64,000 bases of DNA, taken from positions 1,687,930 to 1,751,929 of the forward strand of contig NC_057753.1 of NCBI RefSeq assembly GCF_004010195.1. Direction: 5' to 3'. Shown piece by piece: positions 13,851-27,270 of the stretch. The translations under genes were made by a program, and so were the position numbers. The DNA comes from Chiloscyllium plagiosum. Taxonomy: Eukaryota. Every line of letters starts with the position of its first letter. The stretch's first letter is position 1. The notes beneath the pieces are model-generated. The model did not search any database. It was not told the origin of the DNA and was given only the letters and a program-made list of their open reading frames with translations.

Positions 13851-14179
13851 TCACTAGCTTTTGTAAGACCAGAAACTCCTAATTTTCAATTTATCACACC
13901 ACAGTGCGTGTACTTCAGTGAACGGTGGAAGAAGGATTGAAAACCTTAAGCTAAACGGTTTTTGAGTTTGGTTTCAAGTGCAATAATGATAAGGGACAAG
14001 AAATTCCCTAGTTTCTGTCCTTCTATCATTATTTTGTGTGGGTTTGTATCAAACGCAACATAAAGAAGAATGACGAGGAATCGAACGAGAAGAAGCACAG
14101 ATTTATCAATAGATAATACTTATTTAACCATATTTTTCATAGACTAGATGGGTTAGAAAGCGAATTCCTGCAGTGTAGG

Positions 14180-14465
14180 GACTACTGTGTGGAAGCAGGG
14201 GATTCTCTCCATCTGGTCCATTCTGACCCTCCAAAGATATCCCAACTCAGACCGACCCTCTGGCTCAGTCCCTTGACTCTACGTTTAACATAATCAATCT
14301 GCCTTTACAGTACATCTTTGAATGGTAGGGAGTAGCCAGATCACACGGAGGAATCCCACGCAGACATGGAGAGAACATACAAACTCCACGTCGGCAGTTT
14401 CCTCAGATTGCAATCGAGTCGGGGTCCCTGGCGCTGTTGGGCAGCAGTGCTAATCACCGTGTCCC
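14180..14465 (-). mobile_element. Degenerate HE1/V-SINE
   Basis: cccacgcagacatggagagaacatacaaactccac...ccctggcgctg..gcagcagtgctaa is the reverse of the V-domain and tRNA head. Confidence 0.75.
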
Positions 14466-14719
14466 TTATCCTAGGTTTCATTCATCCTGCCGAGTGACAT
14501 CGGACGAGCTACAGTGTTTAGAGTTTGCTGTTTATCACATCTAGGGCTGAAGTGAATTCATTCTGACAGTTAGGATTGATTCTATCCAGTAGCTGAAATA
14601 TAATTTAGTATTTTATCATGTTTACATGCATGGTCAGATGGAAGCCAACCGCTTGAGTGTAAGAATCAAAATGCGTTGTTGAAATACAAGGTTAGACTTT
14701 GGACTGAAGTAAACATTTG

Positions 14720-16610
14720 AGATTTCCATCCATCCTCTGAAGACCTGTTATTCCATCTCCAATATACACTATTCTCTTGGACACCCCGTCCTGCATTCTT
14801 ATTATCCCTCGACCTCTTTATCTCCAAAGGCCGTCGCAAAATTGACCACATCAACCTGTTTACCACTCTCACCCACTCCAACCTCTCACCCTCGAAAGGT
14901 GCAGACCTCATTTCCCTCCACTCCAACTCCAACTTCACCCTCAAACTCGCTGACAAGGAGGCACAGTGGTAGTATGGTGCATTGACCTCGACCTCGGCGA
15001 AACTAGATGTCAACTTCCTGACACCTCCTCCTACCATCCCTTCGACCATGACGTGGAACACTCCCTCTTCCAGGCACTGCATCAGCACAATCCCCTACAT
15101 TTTCCGTAGCTACGTTGATGATTGTATTTTGGCCCCATCTTGTGTTCCCACAAGGAAGATGAACAGTTCACCAACTTCACTGAAACCTTTCATCCTTGAA
15201 ACCCACCAACTCCCACAGCTAACTTCACTATACGTTTTCTCACTTTCCCATTGTAAAAGCGCGATCCCTTCCTTCCAAATCCTCTACCTCCACCCTATCT
15301 GCTCCCAGGAGGAACAGCTTCTCTCCAGGACATCCTAAATGTACTCCTATTTCAAGGACAGCATGTTTCCACTCCCACATGATCCAGAATGTTATCCATC
15401 ACATTTCTTCCATTTCCCTCACCTACACCCTCGAATTCCAAATCCAGAACCGTATCAAGATTGAACACTGATGATCCTCAGATTCCACCAACAAATCTCC
15501 AGATGCAGCAAACCGTCCTCCATTATTTTCATCACGTGCAGTCAGACCCCAACTCCAAAATATATATTTGCGTCGCCAACCCTATTTACGTTTTGCAGAC
15601 ATCATTACCTGCGTGACTCCCTTCTCAAAAAGTTTAAGAAGTGACTTAGTATAGACATACAAGATGATCAGAGGTTTAGGTAGAGAGCCATTTTCCTCGG
15701 ATGATGATGGCTAGCACGAGGAGACATAACTTTCAATAGAGGGGTAATCGATATAGGATAGATGTCAGAGATAGGTTCTTTACTCAAAGATAGTAAGAGC
15801 GTAGAATGCCCTGCCTGCAACAATACTAGATTCGCCAACTTTAAGGGCATTTAAATGGTCTTTGGATAAACATATGGATGATAATGTAATAGTTATGGTT
15901 GGAAGGGCTTCAGATTGGTTTCACTGGTGGGTGCAACATCGAGGCTGAAGGGCCTGTACTGCGCTCTATGTTTTTTGCGCATCCGCCCACTTCATTTACT
16001 GCATCCTTTGCTCTTGATGTTGTCTTCTCTACTTCGGGGAGACAGAGCACCAACCCATGGAGCAGTTCAGTGCATGTCTGATCCACACGCACCAACTAAC
16101 CCCGCCGGTCTGTGGCCATCCACTTCAACTCCCCCTCCCAGTGCCGTAATGACATGAAAATTCTGGACCTCCTCCATCGCCGAATCAAAGCCACTCACCG
16201 ACTGGAAGATGAACATCTCAATATCCGCCTGGGGCCCCTACAAACTCATGGTATCAACATTAACGTCACTAGTTTCCAACTCTCCTCTCCCCCACATCAT
16301 TCCAGTTCCAACCCTCCAACTCGGCACTTCTCTTGACCTGACGTACTCTGTCCATCTTCCTTCCCATCGACCTGTCATAATCACGTCCTATATGCATCCA
16401 ATTATCGCTGTTGCACGAACCTTCCTCCACCCCAAATGCATCCCCTATTTATCTATCACCCCCCTTTCCCCTCCAAATTTCTGATATATGCTTTATGCTT
16501 CAAACGTTGACTCTTCTGCTCCACGGATGCTGCCTGACATTTTATGCTTCTTCTATCGCCACACTTTTCGATTCTGAGTTTCTAACATCTATAGTATTTA
16601 CTTTCTTCTT
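14720..16610 (+). mobile_element. Penelope-like element, internally deleted (RT and GIY-YIG remnants plus terminal repeat), interrupted by a CR1 3' fragment
   Basis: FRSYVDDCI (RT active site); HFNSPS..MKILDLLH..RLEDEHLNIRLGPLQTHGINI (GIY-YIG C-terminus); the terminus resembles the other Penelope ends. Confidence 0.8.
15627..15972 (+). mobile_element. CR1 3'-end fragment inside the Penelope element
   Basis: gacatacaagatgatcagagg...gaagggcctgtactgcgctctatgtt, matching the other CR1 3' ends. Confidence 0.82.
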
Positions 16611-16629
16611 AACTAAATCATGCCTTTAA

Positions 16630-19600
16630 TATCTGCTCGGAAAAAAAAAACATATACCAAGTGGCTCTTTTCCATGAGCTCTGTGTTAATAAGAGAGCCA
16701 GAGAATAAGCGGGAAATGCAATTGAATTCCTTTAGTTCAGAAATGGAGAGAAATGAGCGATAAAGCCTCAGGCGATCTGGAGAAACTAGAGATGAATGTG
16801 GAGGATGTGGTAAACTGATATTGGTAGAGGTTGTGGTAATACTGATTTCAAGCTCAACCCCTGAATAAACCTCACTGGTCCTGTGTTTGCAGCTCCAGGA
16901 TTTTATTTTTCCTGCGATCACCCCAGGTTCTCGTTGCTATCTTTGCTCCACAGGTATCACAATGTTTGCCTAACTGTCTTGGTTACGAATATATACCTTG
17001 CTCTGCTCGTCATAATCCACGCACACAAAAAAAACCAAACTTGTGGAAATGTTGAAATGGTCTAATTGGTACGTCAGGTACAATCGGTGAACCCCTGTGC
17101 AACTGCTGAAATAACCCGACTGCAATCCAAAAGGTAAATGTTAATACAGACTATTCCACATCAATCCCACAATTTCATGTCAACGTTGCTACTTCACATT
17201 TATTTCATTAACTCCAATGATTTACTGACCTGACTCTTATCGAGAAATTTATTCGATCATTTTCTCCATGTTCGTCAGGTCAGTTATATCACTTTCATGA
17301 GAATTATGCTACCTTAACAAAAATAACTCGGGCAATCCTGAGAGACCAGGACTCAATGAGTAAATCAATGCGACATTCCTGAATTAAGAAAACATTGTCC
17401 TCATGGCTGTTACCTCTTTACCAAAACAAAATCTTCAATTGAGGCGTAGTAACCAGTCTATAGTGCTACTATTAAACTTTCATTTATGTTTAATGCAGAC
17501 TTAAAATGATTTTCCAGGAACTGGAGTGCAAATGCGTGAAATGACTAAATTACATTTCCCACTCATAGAATGATCGAACCTCAACAGTGCGGGAGCAGCC
17601 ATTCCATCCTTGAAGTTCACACTGACTCTCCAAAGATCGTCCCACCCAGACCTGCGCCCCTACCCTATCACGGTAACCTTACATTTCCCATGGGTAATCC
17701 GCCAAACCTGCACATTCATGGGCACTCCGTGTAATTTAGCATGGCCAATCCTCCCAACCTGCACATCATTGGACATTGGGGGGAAACCGGATTACCCAAA
17801 AAAAGGGCGCAGAACCGGGGAAAAATGAAAATTCTACATAGATAGTTGTCTGGAGATGGACTCGAACCCACCTCCCCGGCTTTGAGGTAGCTGCCCTAAA
17901 CATTAAGCCAACATGTCAACCCATCCAGGTTCGATGATCAACGATAATGGCTTCTATAATTAATCCCATTTCAGAAGATATAAACTCCAAATCACGAATG
18001 TTGATCGATACCTGGATTAGTAAGAAAGATTAGTCAGTCTGTTGGTATTGTAGAACTGTAAAACATCATCCTCGTTTAAAAATTGAGATGTGAGCAGAAT
18101 ATTGTGGAGATACTCAATGGCGTCAATAGTTTTAGTGGAGGCAGAATTTGGTTCACCTTTCAGGCCTGTGAGCAAGTGAGGGGCATCTGGGAAAGGATGC
18201 AAGGTGAACATGGCAAGATGAACAAAATTGAATGTGAGTGATATGGTGGGTGGAGGGGGTAATTAAGTGAGAAAAGGTGAAAAGAATTGGAGCTGTCAAG
18301 ACACAAAAGATGTGTCAGCATGACGTATGAATGCAAATATTCACTGTCAAGAAAATCATAGAGAAACGAGAAAGTAAAATAAAGTCAAAGCGAAAGACGA
18401 ATTAAAATGGGACAGAAATTAAATTATAAAATGCTTAAATGCTTGAACTTTGACTTCTGAAGGCTGGCTATTGCCCCCTATTATTCACCAGTTCAGAGCT
18501 GACCAGCTAACTTTATTTTTTCCCTCTGCAGCAGTACAGCACAGATCAGGAGGTCACTGCCCTCGACTCACCGCCCTGTCTCCACAGAGATTGACATTGC
18601 ACTGTCCCACGTCTGGGCAGCACTGGGTAAACAGTCAGGAAGCTGCTGGTTGGTAGGTTGCACGTTTCTACTCATCCAGGATTGGTTAATACACAAACCA
18701 GGCTATCATCTGACTTGAAAGTTCACGCATTAACTTATACTTGCAATGCTTGCAGATGGTGCGATTGAGCATTTGGGGATTCCATCCAATTCTTTTTCAT
18801 TTATATACATTTTGAAAGCTTCATCCCTGCCTCTCTCACCTCTCCATTTCCTTCCATTATTTACAAGTGCTGCCTGGTTCTCTCCCACGAATGGCGTCAG
18901 TGACTTAGTTTGGTTTATAACGATAAACCCGCAGCTTCCATGGTCATTTTTTTCATCTCAGTGCCAGATCCACATATTACCAAATTCACTCCCTCGATTT
19001 CACAACTAGTTTGTGATTTAGATGATTGTCGAGCAATGTTTCTTTTGGTGATACATCAGGTTCACAGGAAATTAGCGAGGTGTATTTGCAGTCAGGAAAC
19101 TCAATAGAAACATTGTGGCACAGTAGAATCACTGGCATACTCTCTCTTTCTTGCAGAAAATAAAGTTAAAATAAATTTAAGGGAGCAGTGCAGAACCAGC
19201 ATGGCCTCTCGCCAAAAAACTGTATTGAGGGATATTACAAATCACTTTTATGACTTTTGGTGTTACTGACAACATTGAGTATCGTTATAATGTATAGTTT
19301 CATACAATTGTTAGAACCAACATCATTATACTACTTTGAGGTGAGGTTATATGAAAAATTGAGATAGTGGGACCAGACATCTTTGCTTTCACCACATTAT
19401 CCTTCTTGAATAACTTCTTGCCATTTAAATTTAATGTTATTCTGAATAACTACTGGTGCATTTCCAGGGACTGCCGATCACAATACAGACGGTAAAGCTG
19501 GAGAATTAAACAGCACAGCCCAATGAAGATGATATGCAAGAGTGAATAGAAAACAAATGCATGGAAAATAATGTCGAACTAAAATTGTATTTTACTGTGA

Positions 19601-19630
19601 TTTATGTGATTTTCATATGTTCACTAAATA
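16630..19630. repeat. Downstream flank of GPCR copy 1, paralogous to ~29400-32190, ~48750-51370 and, in part, ~61630-62490
   Basis: gagccagagaataag-like anchor at ~16694/48803/61677; atttcattaa at ~17202/29966/49311/62130; ttttactgtgatttatgt at ~19590/32162/51336. Confidence 0.8.
17565..17920 (-). mobile_element. Degenerate HE1/V-SINE
   Basis: aatttagcatggccaatcctcccaacctgcacatcattggac matches the reverse of the SINE at 237-551. Confidence 0.72.
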
Positions 19631-21410
19631 AATTAAGCACTAGTGTCGAGTGGGATTTCTCCAATCTCTTTCACTGCTGTCTAAATTTACTGGGACCCTG
19701 CATAAATAACTGGATTGATGCAGGAACTCAAATAAGAAGGATCGACCTATCTTCCACAAGAATAAAATTTGTAACTTGAATCTGAGAAACAAATCACATT
19801 TGCAATATGAACACAGAGAAAATTCAGTGGAAGTGACAGAAGGAAACTAACCGAGATGGCAAAGAGTAAAATATAGAACATAGAACAATACAGCGCAGTA
19901 CAGGCCCTTCGGCCCTCGATGTTGCACCGCCCTGTCATACTAATCTGAAGCCATACACTATTCCATGTACGTCCATATGCCTGTCCAATTACGACTTAAA
20001 TGCACTGAAGCTTGGCGAATCTACTACGGTTGCAGACAAAAAATTCCATAACCTTACTACTCTCTGAGTAAAGAAACTACCTCTGACATCTGTCTTATAC
20101 GTATCTTCTACCTAAAGTTGTGTCTCCTCGTGTTTGCCGTCCCCATGCTTGGAAAAAGGCTCTCCCTGTCCACCCTATCTAACCCTCTGATGACCTTGTA
20201 TGTCTCTGTTAAGTCACCTCTCAACCTTCTTTTCTCTAACGAGAACAGCCTCAAGGCCCTCAACCTTTCCTCGTAAGACATTCCTTCCATACCAGGCAAC
20301 ATCCTAGTAAATCTCCTCTGCACCCTTTCCAAAGCTTCCACATCCTTCTTATAATGCGGTGACCAGAACTGTGCACAATAGTCCAAGTATGGCCGTACCA
20401 GAGCTTTGTACAGCTGCAGCATAACCTCCTGGTTCCAGATCTCAATCCCTCCATTAATAAAGGCCAAAACACTGTATGTCTTCTTAACAACCCTGTCTCT
20501 CTGCTCATCTGCACTCCTAAGAATCTTACCATTAGCCCAGTACTTTGTATTCCGATTACTCCGTCCAAAGCGTATCACCTCACATTTGTCCACATTAAAC
20601 TCCATTTGCCACCTCTCAGCCCAGCTCTGCATCCTATCTATGTCTCTCTGCAACCTACTACATCCTTCGTCACTATCAACAACTCCACCGACCTTAATGT
20701 CGTCCGCAAATTTACTAACCCACCCTTCTAAGCCCTCATCCAGGTCATCTATAAAAATGACGAACAGCAGTGGACCCAACACCGACCCTTCCGGTACGCC
20801 GCTAATAACTGGACACCAAGATGAACATGTTCCATCAACTACAACCCTCTGTTTTCTTTCCACAAGCCAATTACTGATCTAAACTGCTATGTCTCCCACA
20901 ATCCCATTCCTCTGCATTTTGTATAATAGCCTACTGTGGGGAACCTTATCGAACGCCTTGCAGTATTTCCATATACACCACATCAACCGGTTTACTCTCA
21001 TCTACCTTTTTGGTCACTTTGTCAAACAAAAAAACTCAATAAGATTCGTTCGGCACGACCTATCCTTCACAAAACCGTGCTGACTGTCCCTGATCAGATT
21101 ATTCTTTTCCAGATGGTTATAAATCCTATCTCTTATAACCTTTTCCAGCACTTTACCAACAACTGAAGTGAGACTCACTGGTCTGTAATTACCAACGGAC
21201 TTCTTCCATATTTCCATCTCTGGGTCACTTTGATTATTTCCATTGTTCTGGGTCTGGAGTCTCTTGCGGGCTCTACTTGCCAAAGCGATGTGCCTGACTG
21301 AAGACATTGAGCAACAAAATCAGAATAAATGGAAGGCAATAATCTAAAATTGCTACTATTCTCTCAAAAGCTACCCAACAGGGCGAGGAAGCGCATATAG
21401 ATGTAAGGCT
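19630..21410 (-). pseudogene. GPR139/142-like pseudogene fragment (copy 1): ECL2-TM5-ICL3 at 21410-21194 and TM6-TM7 at 19872-19630, split by a CR1
   Basis: SPCWVAFERIVAILDYCLPFILILLLNV..VRHIALASRARKRL..SDPEMEIWKKSV resumes after the CR1 as ILLFAISVSFLLS...LSSCINPVIYAG, with frameshifts and stops. The 5' half of the gene was not found. Confidence 0.88.
19873..21193 (-). mobile_element. Young 5'-truncated CR1 inserted into GPCR copy 1 at the start of TM6
   Basis: 251-aa RT ORF 20108-20863 ([20 protein letters not shown]); (ATAGAAC)n tail at 19873; GPCR sequence on both sides. Confidence 0.93.
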
Positions 21411-21925
21411 TTAAAAGAACATAGAACAAGACAGGCAAGTACAGGTCCTTCAGTCCTCGATGTTGTGCCGACGTTTAATCCTACATTAAGATTGAACCAA
21501 TCTACACACCCTACATTTTGCAATCATTTATGTACCTACCCAAGAGTTGCTTAGATGTCCCTCATGTATCTGACTCTACTACCCCTGTTGGTTTTGCATT
21601 CCATGCACTTAGCACTCTCTGTGGAAAGAACTTACCTGTGAAACCTCGCCTAAACCTTCCTCCAATTACCTTAAAATCATGCACCCTCGTGATAAAAATT
21701 TCCGTTGTGGAAAATAAATTCTCTGACTATCCATTCTTTCTATGCCTCTCACCATGTTTTACAGCTCTGTCAAGTCACCTGTCGTCCTTCTTTGCTCCAA
21801 TGAGAAAATCTCTCGCACCCTCAAACTTTCTTCATAAAGCGAGACCTCCAGTCCAGGCCGGATCCTGGTAAATCTCCTCTGCACTTTCTCTAATGATTCC
21901 ACATTTTTCCTGTAATGAGGCAACG
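21411..21925 (-). mobile_element. CR1 3' fragment bordering the truncation of GPCR copy 1
   Basis: gaacatagaacaag tail, then CR1 3' UTR and ORF2 C-terminal sequence. Confidence 0.8.
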
Positions 21926-22995
21926 AGACATAACACAAAATCTGGCACTTCCTCCTTCAACTACCTCCGACAAGGTTGTACATTTTTAGATTCCGGTGTG
22001 CTTTTCTTTACCACATTAACATAATTTATTGGCGTATCCTGTTTTCTTCCATTGTCTTCGCAGTCCTTTTCTTAACCCACAAAGAAAAATTGTGAATTGA
22101 CTTTGCCTACTTTATTACGGTGAAAACACCGGAACTTTCCAAATTATTTTTCCCCATTCATTAATTTACGTTTTTTTCCTGTGGTACGTCATCCTTATTA
22201 TCTTCTCCGAGAACAACCTATCCCTTACCAATTGAGGATTTCTCTTTTCCTTAATTCTGTCCCTTATGAATTGGAATTGATTTTGGAAGCCAATGCTTAC
22301 TTTATGAGCCAATTCATAACCATCAGCCATCTCCACTGCTGATCTTGCCTTTTTCACTGTCTGCTCTTTCCAATTCTCAACACTTTAGGAAGTGATTTTT
22401 GAACTCCTCCAAATTAATCGTCTCTCAAGAGGGTAATATGTTTGCTTTATTTTTATTGCCGTTATCCACCGATCAAAATGAATTTGTTTGATCCTTTCAG
22501 ACTAACTGTAGGTTTGAACAAGACTACTCTTTAAGAGCTGTCTGTCCGCCTGTGGCACAAACTCATGTGCTTTTAAAAATGTTTACCTCGTCTCTACACC
22601 CGAAATTCCTCCTCAATAGCAATGCGAATACATTATTGCTTTATTTAAAGTTTTGTTTGCATAAAAGAGAAAAACCACATGGACACTGTCCACTTCATTT
22701 GTTTAGCGACTTTCTCAAATGAGATGAAATAGACTTCTGCATTCTTCTTATCAAATTTATGCAATGCTTGAATATATTTAAACAGATCATCACCAGGACT
22801 TTGGCTTTGATGGGTTTACTTGTCATCACTCTCTTCCTCACTCAGTTCACTTTCAATCTTTACCTCCATCTTTTAAAGCTGACTTTCCTGTCGAATTGCC
22901 AATTTATAAAGTTCAAACTTCGTCTTTTCTCCCTTCCCCCCTCTCTCTTTCTCTCTTTCTCTTTCCTTTCCTTCTTGTTCTGCTAGAGCCTTTCA

Positions 22996-25900
22996 TAGAG
23001 CATAGGACATAGAACATAGAGTATCATGGTGCAGTACAGGCTCTTTGGATCTTGATGTTGCGCTGACCTGTGAAACCAATCTAAAGCTCATCGAACTTAC
23101 TCTACTCCATTATCATCGATGACAATTTAATTGCCCTGATTGTTGGCAAGTCTATTGCAGGCCGGGCATTCTATGCCCTGACTACTCCCTGAGTAAAGAA
23201 CCAACCTTTGACATCTATCCTATATCTATTGCCCCATAAATTTAAGCTATGTTCCCTCGTGCTAGCCATTACCACCAGAGGAAAAAGGCTCTCGTTTTCC
23301 ATTGGCTCTGATCGTCTTGTATGTCTCGATCAAATCACCTCTCAATCTTCTTCTCTGTTATGAAAACAGCCTTAAGAACCTCAGCCTTTCCTCATAAGAC
23401 TTTCCCGCCATACGAGGCAACATCCTGTAAATTTCCTCTGCACTATTTCCAATGTTTCCAGATCCTTCCGATAAGTGGTGACCAGGACTGCACACAATGC
23501 TCCAAGTGCGGCTGCACCAAAGTTGTGTACAGCTGCAGCATGACCTCATGGGTCCGAAACGTCATCTCTCTACCAGTAAAAGCTAACACACCATACACCT
23601 TCTTAACAACCCTATCAACCTGCGTGGCAACTTTCAGGGATCCATGCAACTCACTGCTTATTCACATGACCAAGAATTTCCTCATTAGCCTAGTACTCTG
23701 CTTCCCTGTTACGGCTTCCAAGGTGATTCACCTCATACTTTTCCGTATTAAACTCCATTTGCCATGTCTCAGCCCAGCTCTCCAGCTTATATATGTCCCT
23801 TTCTAACCTGCAATATCCTTCTGCACAGTCCCCAACGCCACCGACTTTAGTGTCATCCGGAAATTGACTAACCCGTTCTTCTACTCCTCCACCCAGGTCG
23901 TTTATAAAAATGACAAACATCAGAGACCCCAAAGCAGCTGCTTGTGGTTCACCATTAGAAACTGAACTCCAGGACGAGGATTTCATATCAACTGCCACCC
24001 TTTCTCTTCTTACAACTAACCGATTTCTGACCCATAGACTAAACCACCCTCAGTCTCGTGCCTATGTATTTTCTGAAAAAGCCTTTCTTGTGTAACCTCA
24101 ACAAACACTTTACTGAAATCCTTATATGCCACATCAACTTCCTTACCCTCATCCACCTGTTTTGTCACTGTAATGGAAAATTAACAAATTTAACATTTAA
24201 TGTGAAATCTGAAAGAGAATGCTTTTCTAAATTTAATTCCGTGCTGAGTGCTGAATTTTGCAGCCAGGAGACAGCTTGTCTTTGTTTGAACTTTGTAACC
24301 ATTCAACTTGACCTTTCGACAGTCGAATTCAGCGAAAGCTAAGGAAAGCACAAGAACAATTATGTCCACGACCAGGGGTTGAGAAAATAACAACGTACGT
24401 TTTCCCAGTCTTTGCCCTTGAGAGCGTGATCATGGTATCAGAAGAATATCTGAATTATGCTCAAGTGCCCTTCAGATGAGGCATCTGGCCGAATGTATTG
24501 GGTCGGTTCTGCAGAATCTGAATAAAGCTCTTTTCGTTGCTCTTGCTAACAGTTGAATCAAGTCAATTTAATTTCCACGGCAGTCACGTTCTGAAAGAAC
24601 TCATTAAGGCTTGTGAGGCTCGGCCCAAACTTCACAAAACCGTGTTGACTATCCCTAATCAAATTATTCAGTTCTATAATATTATAAAACCTACCTCTTA
24701 TAATTAATTACAAATCCTTGCCCACAGTGGACGGAAGGCTCACAGGCATATAATTACTCGGGTTGCCTCTGCTCCCCTTCTTGAGCAAGGGAACAACATT
24801 TTCTATTTTTCAGTCTCCTGGCACTATTCCTGGAGGCAACGGCAACATAAAAAATAAAGCCAAACGCGCTGAAAACTCTTCCCTAGCTTCCCAGAGAATC
24901 CTCGGATAAGTCCCATCCCGCCCAGGGGATTTATCTAGTTTCACACTTTTCAGAACTGCTAGTGCATCCTCCTTATGGGTCTCAGTCCCGCCTCATCTAA
25001 CAGACTGGATCTCAGTATTCTCCCCGACAGCATTTACCCGTGTGAATACTGAAGAAAAATGTTCATTTAGCACCTGTTCCTTCTGTTCAGAATCCAGGTA
25101 CAACTTCCCACTACTACCCTTGACTGGAACTCATCTTACCCCCAGTCATTCTTTTATTCCTGACATAACTATAGGAATCTTTAGGGTTTTCCTTGATACT
25201 GCTTGCCACAGACTTCTCATGTCCCCTCCTGGCTCTACTTAGCTCGTTCCCTCTCTTTAGGTCTTTCCTGGCTAACTTGCAACCATCAAGCGCCCTAACT
25301 GAGCCTTCATGTCTCATCTTTACAAAAATAACGCCTTCTTCCTCTTGACAAGAGATTCAACTTCTTTAGTAAACCACGATTCCCTCAGTCGTGTCATTGA
25401 TAAATATGCACCTCCCTGCCTGAGAGGTGCATATTTATCAATGACACGCAGTGCTTCCTGAACAAGCTCAATATTTTAATTATGCCCAGCCTCTATAGTC
25501 TCCTTCCGCATCCTATCCATCCCACATATTGCCTAATCGCATCATAATTTCCTTTACCCCAGCTATAAATCCTGGCCTACGTTATAGACTTATCCATTTC
25601 CTTTACTAAAGTAAAGGTAACTGATTCATGTTTGTAATCCTTTCGTCTGCATCTCTGGAACAATTCAGAGGCCTACAGGGCTTCACAACAGAGTGACCTC
25701 TCGTTTCCTGTTTTTAACGTCAGCCCAGACTACCTCATTAGACAGGTCCTCATCAAACGTTCTTTCTGCCACCGTAATACTGTACCTTGATCAACACTGC
25801 CATATCTCCCCCTTCTTTTGCCACCTTCTCTGATCTTATTGAAACATCTAAACCGTGAAACCTACAACAACCATTCCTGTCCCTGCTCTATCCATATCTC

Positions 25901-27270
25901 CGAAATGACACAACATCGAAATCCCAGATACCATATCATGCTGCAAGTTCACCCACCATATTCTGAATGATTCTGGCGTTGGGCTCGACGCACTTTAACC
26001 GAATTTCCTGCGTGTTGGTATACTCTTGCAATCCTGAAACGTTGTGAACCTCTTGTATAGTGGAGCTACAATTCCTGTTACCGCCACTCTGCTGAATATG
26101 TTTCAACCTTCCCGAAGAGCATTAGTAAATCGCGACCGCCTCCAGGATATCGGAGTACCTCGGGTTCAGGTATAGACCATACCGTTTGGAGAGGTCCCAC
26201 CGACGCCAGAATGAACCCCAATTATCCAGGTATCTGAATTCCTCCCTCCCGCACCATCCTTGCAGCCATGAGTTCAACTGCACTCTCTCCATATTCCTCA
26301 CCCATTTAGCACATGACACGAGCAACAAACCAGAGATAACAACTGTGTTTTTCTCGCTCTAAGCTTCCAGCCGAGCTGTCTGAATTTCTGCATTATATTC
26401 TCAACCCTTTTCCTGCCTATGTCGTTGGTGCCTATGTAGTGCACGACTTGTGTTTTCTCCCCTGAACTATCTCGAAAACGTGATCCGAGTTATCACAGAT
26501 CCTGGCACCTGGGAGGCAACACACCAACCGCAGAATATCCTATCTGTCACCCTTAACTATGGTGTTGCGAATGACTAATGCTCTACCCCTCTTCATCCTT
26601 CCCTTGTGCGCAACAGGAAAAAACTGTGCCAGAAACCTGTACCCCATGGCTTACTCCGGATAAGTCGTGCCCCCTAACTGTACGCAAAATGGAGTACTTT
26701 CTGTACAGGTGAACGGCCACAGGGAATCCCTGCACTGAATGCTTCTTACCCCTTCTAAAAGTCACTGAACTATCTTTGTTTCCAGGAGCAACCACCCTCC
26801 TGTAGCTTTTATCTATGACTGTGTCTGCCTCCCAAATGATCCTAAGTTCATGCAGTTCCAGTTGCAGCACTCTAACGCAGTCTTCAAGGAGCTGGACTTG
26901 GGCAAGCTTCCCGCAGGATTACGCAGCTGGGACACTACTGGTGTCACTCACTTGAAACATCCCACAGGGAAAAAAGACATTGCACTGCCTGCACTGCCAT
27001 TCCTGCTAACTTCCCTTACTAAGAAAGGAAAGAGAATAATAAACCTACCTGATTTCCATCTAGTGGTATATGGTTAGAGGAAGTGGGTTGGTGGGAGGCT
27101 TTACAGCTGTAGGGTCTCGGGTTTTGCAAACACCCAACTTATATTGCTGTCGGGAAAGAAGACACAGAAGCATCTACACTCTGCAGGAATGAAGGCCGTT
27201 GCTCCCGTGAGGTGAGTTTTTAAATGAAAAATTTACCTTCCCAACTTTCGTTCATTTTCTCGTTCCTCTG
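22996..27270 (-). mobile_element. Near full-length, internally deleted CR1 nested in the Gypsy gag
   Basis: Tail at 22996; RT (SQFPDDTK, HLEHCVQSWSP); IKENPKDSYSYVRNK; ORF1 esterase QLNSWLQGWCGREEFRYLDNWG; candidate TSD CTTTCA at 22990-22995 and 27271-27276. Confidence 0.85.
24169..24582 (+). mobile_element. Solo LTR (414 bp, TG...CA) with a 5-bp TSD, inside the CR1
   Basis: GTCAC at 24164-24168 and 24583-24587; ends TGTAATGGAAAATTAA / TTAATTTCCACGGCA; AATAAA at 24521; the CR1 sequence is continuous across it. Confidence 0.85.

Noticed and set aside
21014..21307. Chimeric GPCR-RT ORF (…SDPEMEIWKKSV-GNYRPVSLTS)
   Set aside because: Chance in-frame junction between a pseudogene and a truncated CR1; short, with lesions on both sides.
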